Source of the DNA: Phyllobates terribilis
Taxonomy: Eukaryota
Assembly: GCF_046119375.1 (NCBI RefSeq)
Contig: NW_027362767.1
Location: forward strand, 90,024,001 to 90,088,000
Length of the DNA stretch: 64,000 nucleotides
Reading direction: 5' to 3'
Positions 47,855 to 58,610 of the stretch are shown piece after piece; within the stretch, counting starts at the first letter, position 1, and the number at the start of each line of letters is the position of its first letter. Made by a program: the position numbers and the translations under genes. Under the pieces are notes generated by a model, which saw only the letters and a program-made list of their open reading frames with translations, had not been told where the DNA came from and ran no database searches.

Positions 47855-48660
47855 GGCAGTTTCACAAGTCCTGATATTTGCAGTACTGGAGATTTCCGTG
47901 TCCATGTGCACCGGTGTGACATACATGTGGCAACTGTGTTCCGCATCAATTGACACGTATCGGCGCCTGGGAATCAGCAGTACAGTTCGTGCTGTTCCCA
48001 GGTGCCGGGTGCTGAAGGCATCTGTCAGCATTGTCCCCTGCTTGTGCTTCGATCAGCGCCAGCAAGGGACAATGTTAACAGTTGTATTCAGCCCTCGCCA
48101 TGTCCTGTAAGTGTAAAAATAAGAATAAAATAAAAAACACTTATACTCACCTGTCCGAGATACTGTCCCACGCTGTAATGAATCTGACCGGTAATTCTGT
48201 ATCAGCGTCTGCTATGGCTGTAAGTGACCGCACATGCTGAGGAGCAGAGAATGACTCACTCAAGTGCTGAGCTCAGTGAGCGGCGTCCTGTCACTCACTG
48301 AGCTCAGCGCAGCTCAGGGCCGCTCGTTGCAGCGAGTCATTCTCCTCTGCTCCTCAGTGTTTGCGATCGCTTCCAGCCATAGCAGATGCTGATGCAGAAT
48401 TGCCAGGCAGATGGAATACAGTGTGATCGGACAGGAGAATAAGTGTTTTTTATTTTTATTTTTACACTTACAGGACACGGCGGGAGCTGAATACAACTGT
48501 TAACATTGTCCCCTGCTGGCGCTGATCACAAGCAGGGGACAATGATGACAGATGCCTTCATCACCCGGCACCTTCGAAACTGTACCGCTGATTCTCAGGC
48601 GCCGGTACCTGTCACACAGATGACACACAGATGTCATTCGTGTGTCATCAGTGTGGGACA
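47855..48660. mobile_element. Large palindromic MITE
   Basis: Mirror arms GGGACAATGTTAACAGTTGTATTCAG...ACACTTAT / ATAAGTGT...CTGAATACAACTGTTAACATTGTCCC. Confidence 0.65.
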
Positions 48661-50832
48661 TTTTCCTGCTCGGCAATAGGTGCGGAACTTATATAGGGAC
48701 AATAGGGTAGTCAAGGTGGTATTAGATCTGCCTAGGGGTCTCCACTCCTCCTTTCTCTATTTGTTGGGCTCCCTTCCCACTCTTCCCGTTGTTGTACACT
48801 TGTTTCTTCCCTCACCTTGCATGACACTACTGTGCTGCCCCCTGCTGTACCTGGTGTAGCCTACACTTCTCTATCAGGGCAGTCTGTCATTTGTAAAGCA
48901 CAATCGCTCTGTTCAGACTCGGCACACGTGTCTGCTTTGTTCTGTTATCGGAGGCCTAGGTCACATCTGTGTTATAGCTTCTGGTACAGACGGAGACCAG
49001 GATGAGTGCCAGACCGTCAGACACCAGCAGAACCCTTCAGTGCGGTTTCCATGTGATGATCTGTGCTGGAGGCTTCAGACAGAACCAGAGACACAAATGT
49101 GATCGGAGCCTAATATTTGCAGGTTGGTTCTGGTACCAGATCCATGTTCTAGGCTTGGTTATGTTACTGATATTTACAAATGCCAGGTTCACCGCAGCAA
49201 ATCAGACATGTATTTACAATAGGATCTATGGATTTCTGCTCCTACTGTGCCGTGCGCCCTGTATACCCCAACTGAGTGCAGGACCCCTGGGGGGCACAGT
49301 CCACATCATGACAGGGAGATTTTTACAGTTATGTAGCTACATTTTAATTCCCTTCTTCTAAGACCCAAAAAATTTTAATTTTTCCATCAACATTGTCGTG
49401 TGAGGACTTGTTTATTGAGACACGAGTTGTAGTTTAGAGCAAGAACATTAATTTTACCATATAATCAATGTACTGAAAAAAGGGGAAAAATCCACAGGGT
49501 GACCTACACTGTTATTTGGATCTTATTTCTTAAGGTGTTCGTTGTGCGGTAAAGATGATTTGGAAACTTGATCCTACCATTCTATAAGACTGCGGTGATT
49601 GACCAAACTTACAAGAATTTTTTTTCATATTTTAGTAGTTAAAAAAAATTGAGAACTTTGTAAAATAAAAATTCAGTTTGCGTCGCTACTTTCTGGGACA
49701 GGTGACATTTTTCTGTTTGCTCTGATGAACCTGTGAGAGTTTTTTGTGCTGAGCTGTAGATTTTTTGATATCTTGGTGAGATAGATGAGAAGTTTTGGTG
49801 GCTTTAATTGTATTTTTTAGGAAGTGCAGCAACCAATAAAGAGAAATTCTGCCATTTTGAGTTTTTTCCTTCTCATCTTTTAACATTACAGTTACAGATG
49901 TGGCGATATAAAACATTTTTTAGGAGGATTTAAACTTTTATATTTTTAATTTCTTTTATATTCTGTAAATATTAGTTTTACTTTAGGGAAAAAAATCAAA
50001 TGAGAAAAAATGCACAATCAATGTGTAGTAGTGAGATGAAGCCTATAATAATTACAGCACAGCCTAACGTCGTAATCATCTGTGGAAAGGAGAAAGCTTC
50101 ACCGACAGGTTTAGTGTTGGACAGTTTTGATTGTTTCATGTTATTTGAGCAACTGAAGAGGAACCTCGTGCTGGAGAAGTGTCCAGACTATGGGATATAC
50201 GGCCACTGTACGGCCATGAAACTGTCTGCTGCCCATAGCAACCAATCACAGTGCAGCTTTCATCTCTCATTGTGCTCTTTTACAGTGAAAGCTGCGCTGT
50301 GATTGGTTGCTATGGGTAACACAGACTGTTCCTTGTACACTGTGTTATAAAAGAGCCACGCTGCCCCCATATAGCACTGTTACGCTCCGTGCACAATGGC
50401 GGCAGCTCCGCTGTGTGCATCGGATAAATGACAATGTACAGAGAAGTCATGACATGTGGCGGACACATTTGTTGTCTTTACGGTTTATAGACGATGGTCT
50501 ATACAAAATCATTACATCCATCTTCCAGGACTAGATAGATTCTGGTAACAATACACTTTTATTGACCTCTCCAGTGGCGGAATACAAAATACCGTCATAT
50601 ACAGAGATAATATGTGATGTGTCTGGACAATCCCATGTAAGGAGTTTATCAGGCCTCCATTAATAAGTATGGCCGCTCCAGGAAATCTAGTTCTTCATAG
50701 TAAAATAGAGCGGATCCGTCCTGTACACGGTATTACAGATATACTGCACACATGGCAATCACTGGAGCCCGGGTCACATTGTACATAGAGCAGATATAAC
50801 AGACTCCTTGGTGGTCCCTCGTGTAGCGCCGA

Positions 50833-53800
50833 TCACTTGCAGCAGCTGCAGGTGTCACATCCATCGCTGCACTCACAGCCCTGGCTGCACTTACTGCACT
50901 CAGCCGGACAGCAGGAGCAGCAGCCTGGGGAGGAGACACTGGTGAGAAGACTGCAGGAATGGCGGACGTCACATAGTGTGCACAAGGACAAAACACAAGG
51001 GTTAAAGGAAACTCAACATGATATTACACACGGAAGAATTTGTAGGACTGTATAGGCGCTTGTACCCCAATTAAAATGAGACCTTTTTGTAGAAATCCAA
51101 TTTTCTAGTCATAATCAATCTAGTGTCAAGTCATATGCAAGTCAGGTAGGAAGTGCACCGGGGGCTAGAAGCAGCCCAATTACACTGACACGCCCCCAGT
51201 GCACTTCCAGCCTGATTTGCATATGGCTTCTACACTAGATTTCTCATTACAAGCCAATGGGATTTCTACGAGAAAGGTATCATTTTTATTAGGAAAGAAG
51301 CGCCTATAGAAGCATACCACTAATTACATATGTAGAAAATGTGCTGACAGGTTCAATTTGAAGGAATTTCTCAGACATTTATGACATGGATATTCACGGC
51401 CATCAGTTTTCACTGACTTGAATGGAGGAAGTCGTAGAACATTCTAGGTCTTGCATTCATTCCTCAATAGAAAATCCAACAGAAGAAGAATCATGCCATG
51501 CTCCCCCCATGCTGTAATTTAGTAAAGCTTCTGTGGCGCCCCTGAGGGTTCAGTCGCCACAGAGGTACTGCACCTCACCCAGAGGTGCGGTGTCTCCCTT
51601 CTCTCAGGTAAGGAGGGAGTGCTGCCCGGAACCCCAACACCTGCATCAAACACTACACTGCTACAGGCCGGCAGGAAGGGCAAGACGCAATGTATGTTTC
51701 TGCTGAGCCCTGACCCTGGGAACCAGTAGTGGGTGTGGATGGAGGAAGTAGTTAGTGGGAGCACTTTAGTAGGAGTATATATAGGGAAGCCATCTTAGGG
51801 TGGCAAATGAGTCAGGTCAGTAGAGGAGAGCAGTTCAGAAGAACAGTCTGGGAGCAGAGTCTCACTAGGAGCTCTGCTCCACAAGTAGGGCCTAGTGATA
51901 GAGGCCCAGGAGGGGAGCAGGGAGTTGGCTCCGTTCTGTTGAAGGGATCCTAGGGGGTATAGCGAGTGCAGGAAGGCACCCGTACGCGCCTCATCTGTCA
52001 GAAGACAGAGGGATTGTAGGCCGCAAGAAGGGGACCGGCCCCTGGCCCAGTTGTGTACTTCAAGTCCCAGCTGGAAAAACCGGAAGCTCCTGGCTTATAT
52101 AGTCAGTTGCTGAAGCCGCATTCTAATCCCCAGGAGGGTCAAGCAGGTCCGGGAACTCCGACGCACAGGAGGGACTTCAGAGCACCCGAGCGGGATTGAG
52201 AGTGGGCAGCGCAGGGCAGGAGGGAGAAAGACCCAGCATGAAGTTGGTCTAGCTAGGAACACGAGAAAGTGGGGTTCTGTCAGGCATTCCTAAATCACCT
52301 GAGGAAGAACTGAACCCCTGCCTGGTGAACACAGCGCGACATGGGAGGCTAGCAACTGTACGGCGCATCCGTGGAACCGTCATAATAACTGTGAGTAAAG
52401 ACTCGGATGACTGCACCGTGCTGCCTCTGTCCATTCTTTGATCTGCGCCATCTCTCCCCCTGCACTACAACACCCAGCGCAACCACCATCTACCTACTCT
52501 GCCCTGGAGCTTGCTCTACCTGTGGAGAGCCACACCATCCCTGCTGCCGTAACACCAGCTCCAGAGGACTGCTCCGCAGCGGCGGCACCCCTTAGCCGCA
52601 TTCCACAGGTGGCGTCACGAACAATCCCAAAAATCCCATATAAAAGTATCCCCTTTTTGCACTGACCGCCTTGGGTCACGGACCGGGCCAGCCGCCGTGA
52701 TACTCCCCTACCGGCAAACCCAGAGGCCCGGCTGCCGAGTAGCCCACGGCCCTGGGGGCGCGTCACTTCTATGGGAGAATATCACTGTACCTGGTGGAGC
52801 ATATTATATAGTATGGACTCACAGGGACATCTGTATTCAAGCTTGTAATGTTCTACACAGTTTTGATATTTTTTTCATCTATCTCTATTTTTAAGAACCC
52901 AAAGATGAAATCATGATGTTGGAGCTTTTGCTTCCATATTTAATATTTCTTCTAGATTTTAAAGAGGTTGACCACTACTTGGACAAACGCTTCTCATTTC
53001 TCAATTTTGGCCCCGTTAAAATAAAAACCCCTATACTCCCCTCCGGTGCCGGTACCGTTCCACCGGTGTCAGCACTCACATTCCTGGGGCTCACATGAGG
53101 TTGTTATGTCACCTGAACCCTGAGCCCGATCAGCGCTGGCGTCACTGTCGCCTCCTTCACACAAATCGAACATCAAGAGGAAGTCAGAGGTCAGCCGCAG
53201 CCGAGACTTCCCGCTGATATTCAGTAGATCCGAAGGTGAGGACAGTGACGCCGGCGCTGATTGGGCACAGGGCTAGTGTGACGTAACAACCGCACATGAG
53301 CCCTGGAAACACGAGTGACGACACCACTGGGACGGCACCGACATCGGAGGTGAGAATAAGTGTTTTTACTTTAACAGGGCCAAACTTGAGGTACGAGAAG
53401 GGGTTGTGCAAATAGTGGACAATCCCTTTAAGGGGTACTCGGGGCTTAAGAGAAATATATGCAGTAACTCTACGTGACTGCAAATTGATGAACCATTACA
53501 ATGTACAATGGCACACTGACCACAAGGTTTCCCTCCATTTACAGAGAGGGCGATCTTGTGCCGACTAGATTCTCATCCACTACACTTAAATGGGTTGTCC
53601 CCTGTCAGTTAATCCTGGGCACAGTTTGGTAAAAAAAAAAAGGTCACTGGTTGGTTGTCCCCCACAAATAGTCAAGTAATATGTAGCATATCATAAGCCC
53701 AATTATAAAATTTCCTTTAGACATATTCAAAACTCAATAAGGAACAAAAAGGGTCTGGTTAGAAACTATATAAAGGGATCAATAAATATATGGTGATGGT

Positions 53801-54950
53801 TTGGGGGGCCTTAATGAAGCTGAGAGATTCCCTTTAACTGAAATAGGACAATCCGTTTGTTCTATTGAGACAATCGGATGAGAATCTAGTCGGCATGTGA
53901 CCGCCCTCTCACTATGGAGTAGAGGGGAGTCCTGACACTGTGCACATTGCAGCAGTTCGGCAATCTGCAGACACATCGAGTGACTGCAGAAAGATTTCTT
54001 CAGTCTGGAAAACACCTTTCAGGATAGTCTTTCAGGGTAATTACATTCTAAGCTATGCACATTGCCATTTAGTGCAGCGTGCCCTAAGAATATTCTCACC
54101 TTTATATTTGTTTATTCAGATCCTTTGTGCTTATAACCAGAAAACCGACTCTGAAGTAGTATGTATAGTAGGCGCTCGGTGCCCCATTAGCGGTGCTCAG
54201 CGGTCCGGAGCACCTTCCTTATGTCAGTTATTCCTCGCTGCATTGAGAACCTAATTTACTTATCACATCAAAGTCGTCTTTGATTATTCTTTGGATAAGC
54301 CGTCCTCTATGGCGATCTGCATTTTGCCCTCATAGACTTCCTGTAATATTTTATTATTCTATAAAAAATGAAAGATTCTCTTGACAGATTGAATTAATTT
54401 CTATGAACTAAGAACGGACATCAGTGTGCATTATGTCTAGTTGGAAATTGTATATATAGGATGGATGTAGAGCATACATGTATACTCACTTTTTTTGCAT
54501 GTTGGACATTTGCAGTTCTTACATTTGCAGGATTCTCCGCAGGTACAAGAAGCTCCTAAGAGGGAAACAGGAGTTTTATCATGGAGCAGAAAATGACATA
54601 TATTCAATGATCATCAAATGCTATAGATCTGATACTCGCCACAATAAACACTATTCTCAGCGGCAGCACACACAACTATACAACCCATTAGACAGTCAGA
54701 AATACACAATGTTAGATTAAAAATCCCGACATTGTAACATTTCTCTTTAAACCACAATAATGTAGATGTTTTGCTACAAACATCGCTATAATTATTCTGA
54801 TTGTAGTAAAAATATTCAGAGTATTGTCTTAGCATTGCCCAAAATGGATCTGAGCTCCAGGCTACACCTGCATTTAGTTTCCTGCAATGTCTCTATATCC
54901 AGTGTAATCCCCTTCTTACCTGATGAGCAGTTACAGTCCTGAGGGTCCAT
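50833..54950 (-). CDS. MT: Metallothionein, paralog 1 (62 aa)
   Basis: Exons 54950-54920, 54555-54490 and 50924-50833, all GT-AG, give [62 protein letters not shown]; AATAAA (minus) at 50563-50558. The exact ortholog name (mt4/mt-a) is not resolvable from sequence. Confidence 0.97.
51532..52765. mobile_element. Solo LTR (Gypsy-like), 1234 bp, 4-bp TSD, in MT intron 2
   Basis: TG...CA termini (TGTGGCGCCCC / GGGGCGCGTCA); CTTC duplicated at 51528-31 and 52766-69. Confidence 0.85.
52958..53430. mobile_element. Palindromic TTAA-flanked MITE in MT intron 2
   Basis: TTAAAGAGGTTGACCACTA ... TAGTGGACAATCCCTTTAA with mirrored interior. Confidence 0.7.
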
Positions 54951-55029
54951 GGCTCTGGGGTACAGATGATCTGTAGGATTGGTGGATTCTGTGTGTGATG
55001 CTGAATGAAGTGAACAGTGACTTTCTGCC

Positions 55030-55141
55030 TTTTATACACAAGATACTGAGCTGAGTGCAAACTCTGCCCATAAGTCAGTGCACCCCCCGCCCAGTCACAT
55101 CCACATGTGTAAGGACAGTGTACAGTGAGGAGCTGTGTGCA
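55030..55141 (-). promoter_or_regulatory. MT paralog 1 promoter: TATA, three MREs, ARE/GC box, E-box
   Basis: TATAAAA 55036-55030; MRE cores (TGCRCNC) at 55053-59, 55079-85 and 55135-41; GTGACTGGGC (ARE consensus) at 55098-55089; CACATGTG nearby. Confidence 0.85.
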
Positions 55142-55611
55142 AACCTGCAGAGTCACATAGACGGGGATGATCCAACAGAAATGTCTGTGATTTACAGTCA
55201 CTGTATTACAATTACTATAATACCTCTAAGTATAAGCGCATTACTTATTCATATCCAACTTCTTACAATATCTTTATCCAGAGATTATTATATGTTCTGC
55301 AAATGTTGTTACTTTTCAATAAAGAATCTACATAAATCTGCTTATGGTTTAAAATAAGAAACAAAGTATTAATTATAACTTGCATATGAAAAAGTGTTAA
55401 TAAATCGGACACATAGAGTTTGGAAGAGTGATGTTTCTCCTTAGGTCATGTAGACACAAGCTGCACAGATGATTGCATGTAAATGATATGTCACCAGATA
55501 AAGTGGAATTCTTCTTTGTATCTACAGTCAGGGGCTTTTGTATGAATTCCTAAGAAATGGGATTCAGACGTTTCCCAGACAGAGTCGCTGACATCAATAA
55601 GGCAAACATTA

Positions 55612-55710
55612 ATCATCTTTATTTTTATATAGCGCTAACATATTCCGCAGCACTTTACATACATTATTATCATCACAGTCCCCATTGGGGCTCACAATCT
55701 AGATATTAAT
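55612..55710 (-). mobile_element. L2/CR1-type LINE 3' tail fragment
   Basis: The reverse complement reads GTAAAGTGCTGCGGAATATGTTAGCGCTATATAAAAATAAAGAT, a typical amphibian L2-like 3' end. Confidence 0.5.
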
Positions 55711-55836
55711 AATTGGATATTGTCTGACCTTCTTTCCGGTAGTGTCTATCTTTTTACCTGGACACATTAGCATATTCTACTATGGAGCCCCCATCGGAGC
55801 CATTAATGGGGGCACAGGAGTGTGAGTGCAGCCTTA

Positions 55837-57023
55837 GATGAGTGCAGTGTGGTGAGTACAGGGATGTTCAGGCTGGGTGTGATGAGATGAGTGCAGTGTG
55901 GTGAGCACAGGGCTGTTCAGGCTGGGTGTGATGAGATGAGTGCAGTGTGGTGAGTACAGGGATGTTCAGGCTGGGTGTGATGAGATGAGTGCAGTGTGGT
56001 GAGTATAGGGTTGTTCAGGCTGGGTGTGATGAGATGAGTGCAGTGTGGTGAGCACAGGGCTGTTCAGACTGGGTGTGATGAGATGAGTGCAGTGTGGTGA
56101 GCACAGGGATGTTCAGGCTGGGTGTGATGAGATGAGTGCAGTGTGGTGAGTACAGGGTTGTTCAGGCTGGGTGTGATGAGATGAGTGCAGTGTGGTGAGT
56201 ACAAGGATGTTCAGGCTGGGTGTGATGAGATGAGTGCAGTGTGGTGAGTACAGGGCTGTTCAGGCTGGGTGTGATGAGATGAGTGCATTGTGGTGAGTAC
56301 AGGGTTGTTCAGGCTGGGTGTGATGAGATGAGTGCAGTGTGGTGAGTACAGGGCTGTTCAGGCTGGGTGTGATGAGATGAGTGCAGTGTGGTGAGTACAA
56401 GGATGTTCAGGCTGGGTGTGATGAGATGAGTGCAGTGTGGTGAGTACAGGGCTGTTCAGGCTGGGTGTGATGAGATGAGTGCAGTGTGGTGAGTACAGGG
56501 TTGTTCAGGCTGGGTGTGATGAGATGAGTGCAGTGTGGTGAGTACAGGGCTGTTCAGGCTGGGTGTGATGAGATGAGTGCAGTGTGGTGAGTACAGGGCT
56601 GTTCAGGCTGGGTGTGATGAGATGAGTGCAGTCTGGTGAGTACAGGGCTGTTCAGGCTGGGTGTGATGAGATGAGTGCAGTGTGGTGAGTACAGGGCTGT
56701 TCAGGCTGGGTGTGATGAGATGAGTGCAGTGTGGTGAGTACAGGGTTGTTCAGGCTGGGTGTGATGAGATGAGTGCAGTGTGGTGAGTACAGGGCTGTTC
56801 AGGCTGGGTGTGATGAGATGAGTGCAGTGTGGTGAGTACAGGGTTGCTCAGGCTGGGTGTGATGAGATGAGTGCAGTGTGGTGAGTACAGGGATGTTGAG
56901 GCTGGGTGTGATGAGATGAGTGCAGTGTGGTGAGTTCAGGGCTGTTCAGGCTGGGTGTGATGAGATGAGTGCAGTGTGGTGAGTACAGGGTTGTTCAGGC
57001 TGGGTGTGATGAGATGAGTGCAG
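55837..57023. repeat. 49-bp minisatellite, 24.2 copies, each with an MRE core
   Basis: Unit GATGAGTGCAGTGTGGTGAGTACAGGGCTGTTCAGGCTGGGTGTGATGA; GAGTGCA recurs at exact 49-bp spacing from 55840 to 57016. Confidence 0.97.
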
Positions 57024-57333
57024 GGCTGGAGGTGACGGCTGTGTGCAGAGATGGGGGATGTAGAAAGTGTAGTCCAGGCTGAGTGCACACTGATCATTTC
57101 TCCTGCTGAGGTCACACTGCACACAGCACTAAATCATCTCTGGGGAACAGGAACAAGAACCATGATTAACTCTTTGATAGCAGCTGCAGCTAAATAATGA
57201 AAACGGGGATATCGGCTAACAGTTATTTGCATATAGCTGTAGGATGGGCCCTGAGGATAAATTCCTCCTGTGGGCCCCTGACACCCCAGTCCGACACTGG
57301 ATAAAATCATTCAGTAGCGCTACAAAATGTCAC

Positions 57334-58106
57334 TCGGTCCTATTTGTCTACCCTTTTATATGCATTACTTCAACTTTGATATACAGTAAGGTTTTTAATA
57401 TAGGCAGTATAGGTACCGTCCCAATTTAGGGTCACCTTGCCGCTGGTGGGACGGCTTGTATACTTTTTTTGATCAAAAATAGTTCACTAAGTACCCTATA
57501 TTTATTATGCAACTTTGCTTTACATTTATATATAATTATGGTAGGGTATGAGATATATTTTTGTCTTGCTTCTTTTTTTTTTTTTTTTTTTCTTTTTTGC
57601 TAGTGTGAACATGCCTCTGTTTCTTGTATGTCTGCCATCTTAGACCTCAGTTCACATTGTCTGGTTTTTTGACTTGTTTGCATTCTGTGCAATTTAAGGG
57701 TGTGGCATGCCCTTTGTTGAGCTGATTGGTGTGTATGTAGCTTACCACGGGCCTAGGTGGTCTGGAGTTGGGACTCGGTCCTATTTGTCTACCCTTTTAT
57801 ATGCATTACTTCAACTTTGATATACAGTAAGGTTTTTAATATAGGCAGTATAGGTACCGTCCCAATTTAGGGTCACCTTGCCGCTGGTGGGACGGCTTGT
57901 ATACTTTTTTTGATCAAAAATAGTTCACTAAGTACCCTATATTTATTATGCAACTTTGCTTTACATTTATATATAATTATGGTAGGGTATGAGATATATT
58001 TTTGTCTTGCTTCTTCTTTTTTTTTTTTTTTTCTTTTTTGCTAGTGTGAACATGCCTCTGTTTCTTGTATGTCTGCCATCTTAGACCTCAGTTCACATTG
58101 TCTGGT
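57334..58106. mobile_element. 773-bp insertion with two direct terminal repeats of about 334 bp and a 10-bp TSD (Penelope pLTR/TRIM-like)
   Basis: 57332-57665 matches 57773-58106 apart from the T-run; AAAATGTCAC is duplicated at 57324-33 and 58107-16. Confidence 0.8.
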
Positions 58107-58426
58107 AAAATGTCACAGTGTAGCCCCGGCCTCACGTGAACACTTAGGAAGGTCTTCATCTATTAAATAAGTATAATTTCTTCGTTATCGATGTTGTTGG
58201 GTAAACCAATATATCAGGGATTTCCAAGCATTGCCATGATCCTGAATGTCACATCTGTTAGATACACAGTGTAGCCCAGAAAATGCTCTTCAAGAAGGTG
58301 TATATGAATAAGTAAAGCGCTTATATTTATATCATTACATAGAATGATTAAGGTGACTGCTGGTAACAATGTCCGTCACCATAGACATGTCTGCCGGGTC
58401 ATACTTTGTCCTGGGGGGCTGCAGGT

Positions 58427-58531
58427 TGCACACAGCACCTCCTTGTTTGTCCTGACACATGTGGATGTGATGTGGGCGGTGGGTGGTTTGTGATCAGGGT
58501 TTGCACTCAGCTCTGTATCTGCTGTATATAA
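58427..58531 (+). promoter_or_regulatory. MT paralog 2 promoter: MREs, E-box, GC box, TATA
   Basis: TGCACAC 58427-33, CACATGTG near 58456, GGGCGG near 58474, TGCACTC 58502-08, TATATAA 58525-31. Confidence 0.85.
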
Positions 58532-58610
58532 GGTGGAGAAGAACTGTTCACTTCATTCAGCATCATTTCCAGACTCCACCAATCCTACAGATCATCTGTA
58601 CCCCAGAGCC

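Noticed and set aside
37648-57023. Regularly spaced repeats resembling CRISPR arrays
   Set aside because: Head-to-tail units without unique spacers, no cas genes, and a eukaryotic context.
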